A DNA stretch of 64,000 nucleotides from NCBI GenBank assembly GCA_028030915.1, contig GCA_028030915.1_4867.1. One strand, written 5' to 3'. Shown here piece by piece: positions 39,004-48,765 of this stretch. The notes under the pieces were generated by a model. It searched no databases. It was given only the letters and a program-made list of their open reading frames with translations, and was not told the origin of the DNA. Positions within the stretch are counted from its first letter, which is position 1. The number at the start of each line of letters is the position of its first letter. A program made the translations under genes and the position numbers. Source of the stretch: a phage.

Positions 39004-39101
39004 CAGATGTTACCTTTTTGCAGTTCTCGTACATAAGGTTTGGGTGATACGTAAAAGACTTACTATGTAGCCCAATCCCTTATATATTCGAGGTTGATAG
39101 A

Positions 39102-39857
39102 ATGAATGTTAATCCACTTGCAGCGTTGTCGGGCTTTGTTGCCAAAGCATCCACGATTCTGCCTAAAGCCTTTAGCGGCTCTCAACAGGAACTCGCGCTG
39201 ACCACCTATGACGACATGTCTGATGTGTCCAAGTGGATGCAGCAAGAGAAGTTTTTAAACTTTACCGGAATGCTTGTACCCGTACCTCCGGGCTTCAACA
39301 CGTATGTGATGGACCACATAGAACGGTTGGAATCTGTATGGGCTGTGCTCCAGAAGATTCAGGAAGGGGTTTTAAGTCCCATCGACAAACGTTTCGGCGC
39401 GATGACACACGACCTGGGTATGCTGACACTGCCTATCGGATTTAAGTTCAAAGACCTGAACTATCCACTGAAAAACATCAATCCGAAAGACCTGGTTGAA
39501 AAACTGGCGAAGTCGTACACCAACAATGTGATCGACCAGCGTGCGATTGAAAAGACCTACCACAGTGCAGGTGAGATTGACGTTGCGTTTAATCGTGCCA
39601 AAGCGCTGAACCTGGAAGTGACTAAGAAACTCCAGAAAGGTATTGACCGTACAGTTGAAAGCATCAACGTCTCTGTAGACATTATCTCTAATTCACAAGT
39701 CCATCCTAACGTGGCGGCAGAGTTAGTGAAAATGGCTGACATGGGTGCTGACTGGGTTGAGCTGTTCGGACTGTTTATGAAACAGATTAATGAACTGACA
39801 GAATGCTTGAACGTAACCGGTGATCGCCTCAAGACCCTGAAAGCAAACAAAAAATAA
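39102..39857 (+). CDS. hypothetical protein (251 aa)
   Basis: ORF track; SD gagg upstream; followed by bidirectional terminator. Confidence 0.6.
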   Translation: MNVNPLAALSGFVAKASTILPKAFSGSQQELALTTYDDMSDVSKWMQQEKFLNFTGMLVPVPPGFNTYVMDHIERLESVWAVLQKIQEGVLSPIDKRFGAMTHDLGMLTLPIGFKFKDLNYPLKNINPKDLVEKLAKSYTNNVIDQRAIEKTYHSAGEIDVAFNRAKALNLEVTKKLQKGIDRTVESINVSVDIISNSQVHPNVAAELVKMADMGADWVELFGLFMKQINELTECLNVTGDRLKTLKANKK

Positions 39858-39912
39858 AAAGTAAGCAGTACCCACTCCCCCTACGGGAGTGGGTAGGCTT
39901 TATTTTATTTCG
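39849..39912. terminator. bidirectional intrinsic terminator
   Basis: aaaaaataaaaagtaagcag tacccactccc cctac gggagtgggta ggctttattttattt; between convergent genes. Confidence 0.65.
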
Positions 39913-39919
39913 GACCGAT

Positions 39920-40462
39920 TTAGAATTTACTAATAGCGAGTGGCTGCATTGGCTCAATCACAATCAGTATTTCTTTCAGACGTGAAACGATATGCTCCCA
40001 GACCTGTGCTTCGAGGTGACGTAGCATGGTGGTGAACTCACCCATGTACATCTCTTTATACTCGTCGCGGTTGAGATGTTCCCACGCTTCTTTCAATGGG
40101 CCTGCTTCCGGTCCAGACATCTTAATCATCATTTCGATGTCCTTCATTTCATCAAAGGCTTTACCGACCTTATCAATAACCTCATCGGTCTTGAGTTCGA
40201 GTGAGAAGCGACCCATCTTAGACTGCAGGAAGCCGTCTTCAATGTCTTCGTCGTTGTATTCGAAACACGCAATACGTTGCGCGAGTTGATGAACTTCATT
40301 TACCGCGATATTGACATACGCTGCAGAGATAAGCCCAGCGAGGTGTTGACGATCGATATTCTTCGGTATCAGATAGTCTTCACACTTACGCTTAAACTCG
40401 AACAACGCCGCTGGAAATATTTCACGAAATTCGTCATCGAGTAAATCAATGAATATTTTCAT
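39920..40462 (-). CDS. hypothetical protein (180 aa)
   Basis: ORF track. Confidence 0.55.
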   Translation of the reverse strand: MKIFIDLLDDEFREIFPAALFEFKRKCEDYLIPKNIDRQHLAGLISAAYVNIAVNEVHQLAQRIACFEYNDEDIEDGFLQSKMGRFSLELKTDEVIDKVGKAFDEMKDIEMMIKMSGPEAGPLKEAWEHLNRDEYKEMYMGEFTTMLRHLEAQVWEHIVSRLKEILIVIEPMQPLAISKF

Positions 40463-40998
40463 TCAATAGGTTTCCCGTATTTCTCACCGAGGTATAACAA
40501 CTCACGGCGACAGATAGCCAGCACTTTCATTTCTGCTTCACGATACAATTTGGTGATTTTGTCAATGATTGGCTGGTCAACGATATCGGACCATGTTACC
40601 GTGTCCGTAACGTTCGACGTTTGCCCGTTAATGACCACAGCAACATATGTCTCGCCCAGGTTCTCTTGATGTAACCCCGCCAGAGATTCACCAACCTTAT
40701 CAAAGGCTTCACTCAATAAGTCGGTGATTTGGTCCGTCCCTTCTACCAGTTCAAAACGATGGGGATAGTTCAGAATGTTACGCAGCCGCGTGAACATACG
40801 TTCAATAAGCTGATTTACCATATCCCCAGTGTCACAGATAGCCACATCTACGCCTGAACCCATTTCGTCAGACAAACGATTTTCATGGACGGCCAACGCA
40901 TCGTGAAGTTCAAATTCCACGTCTCGTTTTAATCCTAACAGAATTTCATCTAGCTGACGTCTCGACTCCGACAGAGCGAAGTCAATTACGATTTGCAT
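40459..40998 (-). CDS. hypothetical protein (179 aa)
   Basis: ORF track; 4-nt overlap with downstream gene. Confidence 0.55.
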   Translation of the reverse strand: MQIVIDFALSESRRQLDEILLGLKRDVEFELHDALAVHENRLSDEMGSGVDVAICDTGDMVNQLIERMFTRLRNILNYPHRFELVEGTDQITDLLSEAFDKVGESLAGLHQENLGETYVAVVINGQTSNVTDTVTWSDIVDQPIIDKITKLYREAEMKVLAICRRELLYLGEKYGKPIE

Positions 40999-41008
40999 CT
41001 AATGCTCC

Positions 41009-41482
41009 TTAAAAGTTACTTACCTCGGGCTGCGTATACCAGTATCTGCACGCTACGAGATCCACAACGTTATATTTCAGTTGTCCACCGTGCTGTGACG
41101 TGTCTGCCAATTCATGCGCAAGCTTGTACGCCAAGTCTTCACGGTTGTCGAGGATAAGCAACACAACACGCTGCACCTCATTAAAGATATCCGGTTCACG
41201 TAAACAACTGTAGCGCTCGCTAAGATGCTTAATAACGCCTTTATAAACATCTCCTGGTACAGCAGTGCCATTTTCTGCTACGTGGAATGAAACAAGCACG
41301 ATTTTAATTAAAATCTCGACAACCATGGAGTATATCATTCCACGGTTGCCGTTAATTTCCACATGCTTTAGATACTCTTGCAAGTCCATCAATGACTCGC
41401 TATACACCTTTAACATAGCGACCACCTCTAGTTGGTTGCCGGCCACACCCCTGGCGATGGGATTGCATCGTATCCACGCCAT
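41009..41482 (-). CDS. hypothetical protein (157 aa)
   Basis: ORF track. Confidence 0.5.
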   Translation of the reverse strand: MAWIRCNPIARGVAGNQLEVVAMLKVYSESLMDLQEYLKHVEINGNRGMIYSMVVEILIKIVLVSFHVAENGTAVPGDVYKGVIKHLSERYSCLREPDIFNEVQRVVLLILDNREDLAYKLAHELADTSQHGGQLKYNVVDLVACRYWYTQPEVSNF

Positions 41483-41805
41483 TTCTTAATCACGACAAGG
41501 TTCGAGCCTGGAAGACCATCTAAATCAAAACCAACAGTAGCAACGACATCAACTTCAGCATCCAGCGATACCTGATCGCGACCCTGTGTTCTGAAATGCG
41601 CAAGAGACACCAGTTTACCGCCAGTAATCGCAGTATCGCGAATAAGACGTGCCATATTGCGCATCTCTACTGTCACTTCTCCACGAATAGCGACACTCAG
41701 CGTTGCTTTATTTAACCAGGCTTCTTGTCCCGGTTCGACAATATAGAGAATCACACCTTCTTTGTAATACTGTTTTACCATCGTTTCAAATTCGTCTTGC
41801 GTCAT
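41428..41805 (-). CDS. hypothetical protein (125 aa)
   Basis: ORF track. Confidence 0.5.
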   Translation of the reverse strand: MTQDEFETMVKQYYKEGVILYIVEPGQEAWLNKATLSVAIRGEVTVEMRNMARLIRDTAITGGKLVSLAHFRTQGRDQVSLDAEVDVVATVGFDLDGLPGSNLVVIKKWRGYDAIPSPGVWPATN

Positions 41806-41818
41806 TTTAAATACTCCT

Positions 41819-42553
41819 TCAGTAGTTTATTTTCTCAGCGACTTCTTTACGGATGCGACACATCACCACCATCGCACCATTCGGAATTTGGCTCACGCAG
41901 TTATCCGTGTAAAACTTACCTTCACACAGATAAAAGTCCAGACACATGGCATCGGTCAGCTCGTGCCACAGGGTGCCGAAACCATACTGCCAAGGGCCGG
42001 AATGAACGACATCGTAATCGCCATCAGTTATGCCAAATGCGGCAGTAGCGGAAGACCACAGTATTGAGGAAGTGGTATAAGTGTCATACCAGTAACCGAG
42101 CAGACGATGGTTACGACGTATCTCAGCTAACCGCTCGTACATTGGGATGAATACATCTTCCACCTGCGTGACAAAATCAGCCAGCATCAACTTTTCCGTG
42201 AACCACTCGATCCACGCAAAGATTTGTTCTTCAACGTCTTGTTGGCTTAACCCCGTGGCAGTAATGCCTTCTTCGTAGGTGTAACCTTCGTAGACGTCAA
42301 CAACATTAATCTCTACATGTTCTAGCGTGAACAACCGTTCGGTGTTGATGCAGTCGTACATCTCTTGTAACCACGCAGTGAAGACTTCTATACAGACGTT
42401 GATGGCTGTGTACTTGAATTCATCGCGCAGTGGATACCACTGTGGGTTATCCTTTAGTTCGTTCTTCGCGAACGCGGGCCAATGCTTTTCGAACAACGCT
42501 TCAAAGAACTGGGGCGTGAGGTTTAAAAGCACTGGCACTTCGACTTTAAGCAT
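41819..42553 (-). CDS. hypothetical protein (244 aa)
   Basis: ORF track; SD aaggag; conserved motif 42586-42607 upstream. Confidence 0.55.
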   Translation of the reverse strand: MLKVEVPVLLNLTPQFFEALFEKHWPAFAKNELKDNPQWYPLRDEFKYTAINVCIEVFTAWLQEMYDCINTERLFTLEHVEINVVDVYEGYTYEEGITATGLSQQDVEEQIFAWIEWFTEKLMLADFVTQVEDVFIPMYERLAEIRRNHRLLGYWYDTYTTSSILWSSATAAFGITDGDYDVVHSGPWQYGFGTLWHELTDAMCLDFYLCEGKFYTDNCVSQIPNGAMVVMCRIRKEVAEKINY

Positions 42554-42585
42554 CGTGAATAAATTCTCCTTAAGGTTACGTCCCT

Positions 42586-42607
42586 GTAGATAATATCTAT
42601 CTCAGAT
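42586..42607 (-). promoter_or_regulatory. conserved intergenic motif A, copy 3
   Basis: tgtagataatatctatctcaga; about 35 nt upstream of start 42553, followed by SD aaggag. Confidence 0.35.
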
Positions 42608-43407
42608 TACTTTAAGAGATGCAAGAAGCGTGCTGCCTGTTCTGTAAAGTGAAAATACTCGATGGTATCAGGTTCGTCCGAGTGAATGTCATCCGGGTCC
42701 AGCAGGTAGCCCGAGATATCATCCGTTAAAACCCAAGCGTCTCCCTGCAGGAAAATACCCATCGGTTTTTCTACCACGGGCATCACCAAGTCGGAATAAG
42801 AGTTACCTTCTGCAACCTTTACAATGTCTTCACACGGGTCAACAATATACAGGTTGCAGAGACTACGATCTTTAAGACTGCGATGAAACATCGCTCGATC
42901 GTACCAAATAACCTGAGAACAATTATCTTCGTCACCCGCCACATCGACCAACTCTGTCCAGAAACGATGTAAGAACCAGTTCAACGCACCGGTTATTAGC
43001 TCGTTCGGTTTCAGCATTCTAACGTGTTCGTCGTACAACTCTTCCATTGTCCAGATTCGACAATGCTCACGATCGATTGTCGGTAGCGGAGGTATTTGCG
43101 GCGGGACTTGTTTAGGCATCGGTTCATCACATCTTGCGTTGTAACGCGCAATTGTTTCGGTAACCAGCTCTGCCACAACATCACAAGCCGCTTCAAATCC
43201 CCACTTGTACAACACGTCGTAATCTTCCATGGGCGCAGCACCAAACTCACGGTTCGTTGCCATCCACGACATCCATCCGTATTGCTCCACACAGTTAATC
43301 AGACTTTGTGTGTGGAGCGTGAGCGATTCACTCACGACTCGCAACATGTTACACCTCTTCTTCTCGCAGTATGCGACGGTTTGCGTAATACGCACACCAC
43401 AACCCAT
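42607..43407 (-). CDS. hypothetical protein (266 aa)
   Basis: ORF track. Confidence 0.55.
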   Translation of the reverse strand: MGCGVRITQTVAYCEKKRCNMLRVVSESLTLHTQSLINCVEQYGWMSWMATNREFGAAPMEDYDVLYKWGFEAACDVVAELVTETIARYNARCDEPMPKQVPPQIPPLPTIDREHCRIWTMEELYDEHVRMLKPNELITGALNWFLHRFWTELVDVAGDEDNCSQVIWYDRAMFHRSLKDRSLCNLYIVDPCEDIVKVAEGNSYSDLVMPVVEKPMGIFLQGDAWVLTDDISGYLLDPDDIHSDEPDTIEYFHFTEQAARFLHLLK

Positions 43408-44863
43408 GATACTCTTTACCGATATAGATTAAGAAGTAACGGATGTAGTATTTTTCAGGACGACACACCGCGATGTAATAACGGCCTTCGGGTTCTTTAA
43501 TACGGTTGATTTCCGTACGCGATGGAATATCGATACCACGCGTCAAAATAACCGAGACAGGTCGTTTACCCATCGGAAAGTCAATCTTTAACGTTATTGA
43601 CTTATCGACGCTACGGTAGTATTCCTTAACAGGCTTACCTTTGTCATCGAACAACAAGTCAGTAATATCATTTAAGACATAACCCTTTTCCTGATGCAGA
43701 ACATCTCTCAACGTTGTAGCGAGTTCGTCACGAATATCCAGCGCACGGTACGACAATAAGGGCGGGCGAAGCATTCTGGAGATGGCCAGGTCTTCAAAGA
43801 ACCAGACATTGGAATCTTCTCCACTGAAATGCATCTTGTCTGCCGGTAATCCATCACCTGCCACGTCAACGAACTTCTTACGTTTAACGAACTCATTGTT
43901 AACAACACCGATTGGATCATACTGCCGCATCTTCGGTGTATCTTTCCATGCCAGGGCGGCGTGGTTGTTTACAATCGTGTAGATGTTATCCCACGGTTGT
44001 TTAGTGAACATTACGGAAAAGTGTGCATCAGGAATCATTTTCCCAATAAACACCAAGTCGTCCTTGTTCTTTGCATGGTTGCCACCAAACATGTAATAGA
44101 AAGTTTCATCTTTCACTTTTACAGTAGGATGGTCCTCGTTCACCAACGGATAGCAATATTTAACCGTACAAATCGGCGGATATGCCGCAAGGTTCATCCC
44201 AGCGGCGATGGGCTCGGGTTCCGCGGATGCAGGCAACTCATCCTTCGACCAGTACGGCTGATATGGAACGCCGTCGTTGGTCGCTGTGATGGCTGAACCT
44301 TTTCTAGCCAATTCGTCCGCCCGGTCGTTACCGTAGTGGCCGGAGTGTCCTTTGATTTTGATAACCTTAACACCCCGTCCTTCTTTTTTCATCTGCTGTT
44401 TGATTTCCCAGATACGAACAATAAGTTCTTTGTTCGCCAGCGGAGTACCGTCAGCACGAACCCAACCACGTTTATGCCAGCCGTCTATCCACTCGTTAAA
44501 AGTGTTTACAACGTAACTGGCATCCACGTAGATGATATAGTTCTTCGCGCGGAAGGGCGCGTTCTCAAACAACGTGATGAAGGCGATTAACTCGCCCACA
44601 TCTGAGTAGAACTCTTTCGGAACGGGAATAACGGCGTCGACAAATTGAACGGTGTCCGGCAACTCCGGACAATTCACATCCTGCGGCACTTTTTTGTATC
44701 CAACAGTGGTAATCCGTTCTGAAACACCCGGATGGCTATAAGCCTGACTGTCTTCCAAATCTCCGTTGTTGAATAAATAACCATGAATACCAGCCCCCGA
44801 ACCTTTCGGGGACTCAGTATGACTACCATCGGTATAAATAACCGCTACGTCGACGTCTTTCAT
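43349..44863 (-). CDS. RNase H-domain protein with about 310-aa C-terminal extension of unknown function
   Basis: 504 aa; N-terminal about 195 aa carry RNase HI signatures (IYTDGS, GAGIHGY, YVDASYV..F.EWIDGWHKRGW, KGHSGHYGNDRADELARKG); the remaining C-terminal part matches nothing I recognise. Confidence 0.75.
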   Translation of the reverse strand: MKDVDVAVIYTDGSHTESPKGSGAGIHGYLFNNGDLEDSQAYSHPGVSERITTVGYKKVPQDVNCPELPDTVQFVDAVIPVPKEFYSDVGELIAFITLFENAPFRAKNYIIYVDASYVVNTFNEWIDGWHKRGWVRADGTPLANKELIVRIWEIKQQMKKEGRGVKVIKIKGHSGHYGNDRADELARKGSAITATNDGVPYQPYWSKDELPASAEPEPIAAGMNLAAYPPICTVKYCYPLVNEDHPTVKVKDETFYYMFGGNHAKNKDDLVFIGKMIPDAHFSVMFTKQPWDNIYTIVNNHAALAWKDTPKMRQYDPIGVVNNEFVKRKKFVDVAGDGLPADKMHFSGEDSNVWFFEDLAISRMLRPPLLSYRALDIRDELATTLRDVLHQEKGYVLNDITDLLFDDKGKPVKEYYRSVDKSITLKIDFPMGKRPVSVILTRGIDIPSRTEINRIKEPEGRYYIAVCRPEKYYIRYFLIYIGKEYHGLWCAYYANRRILREEEV

Positions 44864-45582
44864 TATTCTCCTCGCAACTGCGGTGGAATGTATTCACCTG
44901 TGCACATTTCGCGGTGGGCTTCTAACATGCGTTCGAAGCCGTACGTACGCGCGACCAGGGCCAAATGATAGATGCGTGCCGTAGAATACGCTTCCTTCGC
45001 AGCATCAAAGCTAGCGTTATGCTCGTACGCTTCTTTGCCACGGGTCCAATGGTGCGCTTCTGCGTGCCAGTTCGGTTCCAGGCCAAACGCATATGCAATA
45101 CGTTCTGCAGTCCGGTCAGAGTCCAATATAGAAAACTTGCGGTACTTGCCCGGCGGGATATCGCACTGCGCGAATGCGTTCATCAGAATTGGAGCATCGA
45201 AATCGGGACCGCGCATGGTGATAACCATTTTCACGTTGCCCAGATCATCCAACCATTTTTTGGCCGCCCACAGTGCTTCTGGCAGTGGAGTGGTCCCAGA
45301 AAACGCTTCAATACGTGCTTTCTCGCTCGGTGCGTATTCGGGGTCGCCTTTACCTTCCCAATAACCGACCGTTTGTGGATCGATGTAGAAGATTTCTTTT
45401 GCTTTTGCATCATTGGGGTCGATTTTGTGGTAACATGAACCGATCATTTTCATTGTCGGAACATCGAATGCCACGTTTGCCAACGTTAAGATGTAGGCAT
45501 CTGGACGTAAAGCCAGGGTCTCTAAGTCCGTCCCAACAACAACGGTGGGCGTTAAAACAGGCAGAATTTTAGGATATGTCAT
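44863..45582 (-). CDS. DEDDh-type 3'-5' exonuclease (DnaQ-like)
   Basis: 239 aa; Exo I-like VVGTDLETLAL and Exo III-like HNASFDAAKEAY motifs; 1-nt overlap with RNase H gene start. Confidence 0.65.
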   Translation of the reverse strand: MTYPKILPVLTPTVVVGTDLETLALRPDAYILTLANVAFDVPTMKMIGSCYHKIDPNDAKAKEIFYIDPQTVGYWEGKGDPEYAPSEKARIEAFSGTTPLPEALWAAKKWLDDLGNVKMVITMRGPDFDAPILMNAFAQCDIPPGKYRKFSILDSDRTAERIAYAFGLEPNWHAEAHHWTRGKEAYEHNASFDAAKEAYSTARIYHLALVARTYGFERMLEAHREMCTGEYIPPQLRGE

Positions 45583-45628
45583 TTCAACTCTCCACGAGAT
45601 TATATATCACACTATTGACTATTAACGT

Positions 45629-45667
45629 AAAAAAAGGAAATCCCCTCTTACCCGAAGGTAAGAGGGA
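45629..45667 (-). terminator. intrinsic terminator (UUCG loop)
   Basis: aaaaaaaggaaat cccctcttacc cgaa ggtaagaggg; after lipoprotein gene. Confidence 0.6.
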
Positions 45668-45671
45668 GTTT

Positions 45672-46151
45672 TCATTGCACAAGGCAACTACTTTTGTGCC
45701 GTTCGTAGGCATGATTAAAAGACTCTCTGTCTTCGCGATAGCTGCGAATGAGAGACTTAATCTGTCGTGACAAATCACGACTAATGTCCTGAGGGCTACG
45801 AGAACCAGGGTCGAGATATATCCCGGAGGGTATATCATGAAGAGTGGGGCGAATAAACTCTTCACAAAGCGGTGCGGCCATCGGGGTGCGCCACCCCTTA
45901 GCTTCTGCGTAATTGTTCAACGACTTAGCGTACAGATAAACGTAATAAGCATAAGCGTTCACATCCGCAACAAACATTTTCCCTGCCAACTTTTTCGCCT
46001 CAGGACTGTTCCCACCAGCATAAACTGGTGGGTGTTCTAAAGGACGAAAAGGCCAATCTCCGGTTGAGGAGTAATCTGGGTCTACGTGACGGACGGCTCC
46101 AGGACATCCTGTCAACAATAGCACCAGTATCGCCACCAAAAATAACTTCAT
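45672..46151 (-). CDS. putative lipoprotein (159 aa)
   Basis: N-terminus MKLFLVAILVLLLTGC is a signal peptide with a lipobox (LTGC); immediately downstream of a membrane-protein gene. Confidence 0.55.
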   Translation of the reverse strand: MKLFLVAILVLLLTGCPGAVRHVDPDYSSTGDWPFRPLEHPPVYAGGNSPEAKKLAGKMFVADVNAYAYYVYLYAKSLNNYAEAKGWRTPMAAPLCEEFIRPTLHDIPSGIYLDPGSRSPQDISRDLSRQIKSLIRSYREDRESFNHAYERHKSSCLVQ

Positions 46152-46160
46152 GTATGCTCC

Positions 46161-46676
46161 TCATGGATTATTAAGCGTACTGATAATCTCCTGTCGGAAA
46201 TCATTTGCCTCCTGCGACCCTACCGGGCGAGAAGCGGCCTGGTATTTCTTGGCAGGTGGGCTAGACGGATTTAACGGTGCCGGCGGTGTTACCGGCTTGA
46301 GTTCTACAGGCGGAACCGCGGCCTCAGTGCCTGTTCCTGTTGGAGATTTGGTACCATCATATGGCGGTCGAGAACCCAGGCACGTGAAGAGACGATCGTA
46401 CAACTTATTGTTCTCCACTTCGCTATGATCGGACTTCTCTTTTAGCTCCTTATAGGATATCTCCAGATACTGAGTACGCGATTGAACGCTAACCAGTGTG
46501 TGGTATTGAACAATGTAGGCGTATGAGACAAATGCAGAGAACGCGATCAGTGCCACTATCACTAGTGTCACTATTTTCCCGGCTCGTGTTACTTTCTCCC
46601 CCTCGCCCGGTTTAAATGCTTCCCACAGCATTTGTAAGAATGGAAGCAGTTTGAAAACTGATGCTATCATGCTCAC
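46161..46676 (-). CDS. membrane protein with one TM helix and Pro-rich C-terminus (171 aa)
   Basis: Hydrophobic segment IVTLVIVALIAFSAFVSYAYIV, then charged helical segment and Pro/Thr-rich tail; paired with the downstream lipoprotein. Confidence 0.5.
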   Translation of the reverse strand: MSMIASVFKLLPFLQMLWEAFKPGEGEKVTRAGKIVTLVIVALIAFSAFVSYAYIVQYHTLVSVQSRTQYLEISYKELKEKSDHSEVENNKLYDRLFTCLGSRPPYDGTKSPTGTGTEAAVPPVELKPVTPPAPLNPSSPPAKKYQAASRPVGSQEANDFRQEIISTLNNP

Positions 46677-46694
46677 CTCGGAGAGTTTTTAATT

Positions 46695-48074
46695 ATGTAT
46701 GATTTACAAGGCTTTATTCAAATAGCGGCTCTGATTGATAATGGCCCTGGCAACACCGCTCCGGTAGGTGAGTTGTCTGAGCTGTCATATTCGTTCGCTA
46801 AAAGCAAGCAGTATTTTACTAAAGAAAATCTGCAGGTGGAACTGGTTGCTTTTACTTCTAAACGTGACGAGTTACCTATTAAGACCCCGGCCGTCTTTAG
46901 CGACCACGTTCTTACTGTTTCCCAATGGATCTACCAACAGTCTATCCTGGGCAACTTAAGAAACGACGAAGTTGAATTCCAGCGTTTGCTGTTGGGGCAA
47001 TTTAATAGTGTCATCAGCGGTGTTCAGTCTGGCGCGATGATTCAGACTAACAGTAACTGGTTCCCACGTTGGGTCAGTTGGAAACTTGAAACCACAGCAG
47101 ATAAAGTCGAAGACCCATCTGATGTGAATAACCAGATTATTCTCTGGTTTGCTGATGAAGATTTCAATCAGGACTATACCGGATTTGAAATTGAAGTCCA
47201 AATGCCGATATTACCGGTTGATACTTTCTTGGCTGTGAAATCTGTAGTCGAAAAGGCAATGGAAGGGTTCAACCTTCCGGATCACCATAATAAGATTAAC
47301 GAATTAGCTGACGGTTATCCGTACACTAGCCTGATTACTAACATCTATACTTGGCACGACCAGGAAGACTTTGATTCCACCTTACCGATACCGATGTCGG
47401 CTATCATCTACGGACGCGCGGGTCGTAACCCGAGCAGGATTAAACAAGCGTTGCGTGATTACATTTTGGCAAACTCCAGTTTTACTGTGGCGTTGGGTGT
47501 CAAGGTGTTCCCAGAAATCTTTACGACCACCAAGTTCACAATTGTTCCCGGTTGGTCAATTCGTGGGATTCCAAATGAGGAAGACGTTGCGGCATTATAC
47601 TCGCCGATTCTCCCATATGATTTCTGGGTCAAAGCAATCTCCCGATTTGGGGAGTGGACTGTTCAAACCATTACGGAAAAAAATAGTGGAGCAATCTCAA
47701 CTCCAACTACCGATGTAACGGATTTACCGTCCATCTATAAATCACTAAACGCTGTAGTTATCGCAGGCCCTGAAAACGATTCACGCAAAACGACCCTGCA
47801 CGATACGATTCCCGACTACGCATTAATCGGCACTAACAATGCAGATATTGCGAGAATGTCGAAGAAAACCACCGAGTGGCTGGACTTGTTCTTCCAGGCG
47901 TTAATCGCAGCGGAAGAGTATCACCCACATTCCACCCCGCTGGATATCGTGAAGCTCGTAGACGACGTCGATCCTAACGTTTACTTCTACGTCTTCGAAT
48001 TCGATAACGTGGAGTATCGTGTCTTGGCCCGCAAAGCTGTTTGGGATGTCCCTGCGGCAGAGCCAGAAGCCTAA
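46695..48074 (+). CDS. hypothetical protein (459 aa), possibly structural
   Basis: ORF track; SD ggagag upstream. Confidence 0.65.
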   Translation: MYDLQGFIQIAALIDNGPGNTAPVGELSELSYSFAKSKQYFTKENLQVELVAFTSKRDELPIKTPAVFSDHVLTVSQWIYQQSILGNLRNDEVEFQRLLLGQFNSVISGVQSGAMIQTNSNWFPRWVSWKLETTADKVEDPSDVNNQIILWFADEDFNQDYTGFEIEVQMPILPVDTFLAVKSVVEKAMEGFNLPDHHNKINELADGYPYTSLITNIYTWHDQEDFDSTLPIPMSAIIYGRAGRNPSRIKQALRDYILANSSFTVALGVKVFPEIFTTTKFTIVPGWSIRGIPNEEDVAALYSPILPYDFWVKAISRFGEWTVQTITEKNSGAISTPTTDVTDLPSIYKSLNAVVIAGPENDSRKTTLHDTIPDYALIGTNNADIARMSKKTTEWLDLFFQALIAAEEYHPHSTPLDIVKLVDDVDPNVYFYVFEFDNVEYRVLARKAVWDVPAAEPEA

Positions 48075-48084
48075 GGAGGGTTAA

Positions 48085-48708
48085 ATGGCACAACTGTTGC
48101 CTAACACGCCTCAGGTTAACCTTGAGGGGTTGTTCAAGGTTAAGGCACCTTATACGTTGCCAGATAAAGTGATTTACCGTGTTGACGCGGTACAGAACTT
48201 TCCGAAACTCCAACGTAATAATATTGACGTTTATAACAAGTATTATAAACCTGTCGGCCTAACTCGTGACGACTATATCAGCGACGCTAATGTCGAAGCC
48301 TCGATTGTAACATTAAAGTCGAGGGACGGTCAAGTCTACGAGTTGCCTGATACGTACATTGAGACGTATCCTGGACTGAACGGGTTAAATTATAGACGCA
48401 ATGTGGTGGTTATTGACCTGGCATTAATACCCGAATACGTCGATGTCACACTGCTAACGAACGACCTGAAAAGCATCTTAGAACGCGGTTTAGGAATCGA
48501 TGCACGTGTGGACATCACATCGATGGATTACGAAGGGACGGTGACGGAAGAAGAACACTTGCAAATGGAAGCGGTGCGTAAAGCCAAAATCCGTGAGCAG
48601 GTTCCTCTGACAGAACAAGTTGCAACACTCACTAAGCAGAATCAAGAACTGCAGGCGTTGAATGATGCGATGTTGAAAATCCTGAAAGATAACGGGTTAA
48701 CAAATTAA
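48085..48708 (+). CDS. hypothetical protein (207 aa)
   Basis: ORF track; strong SD aggaggg 6 nt before ATG; followed by bidirectional terminator. Confidence 0.65.
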   Translation: MAQLLPNTPQVNLEGLFKVKAPYTLPDKVIYRVDAVQNFPKLQRNNIDVYNKYYKPVGLTRDDYISDANVEASIVTLKSRDGQVYELPDTYIETYPGLNGLNYRRNVVVIDLALIPEYVDVTLLTNDLKSILERGLGIDARVDITSMDYEGTVTEEEHLQMEAVRKAKIREQVPLTEQVATLTKQNQELQALNDAMLKILKDNGLTN

Positions 48709-48709
48709 A

Positions 48710-48761
48710 GAAAAAAAGAACTACCTACTCCCTTGGGAGTAGGTAGGCTTTTATTTTTTAT
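48710..48761. terminator. bidirectional intrinsic terminator
   Basis: aagaaaaaaagaa ctacctactccc ttg ggagtaggtag gcttttatttttta; stem sequence closely related to the 39869-39895 hairpin. Confidence 0.65.
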
Positions 48762-48765
48762 CGCA

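Noticed and set aside
39080-39101. AT-rich cttatatattcgagg upstream of plus-strand gene 39102 as a member of motif family A
   Set aside because: Shares only the TATATATT core; flanking positions do not match the family consensus; left unannotated.
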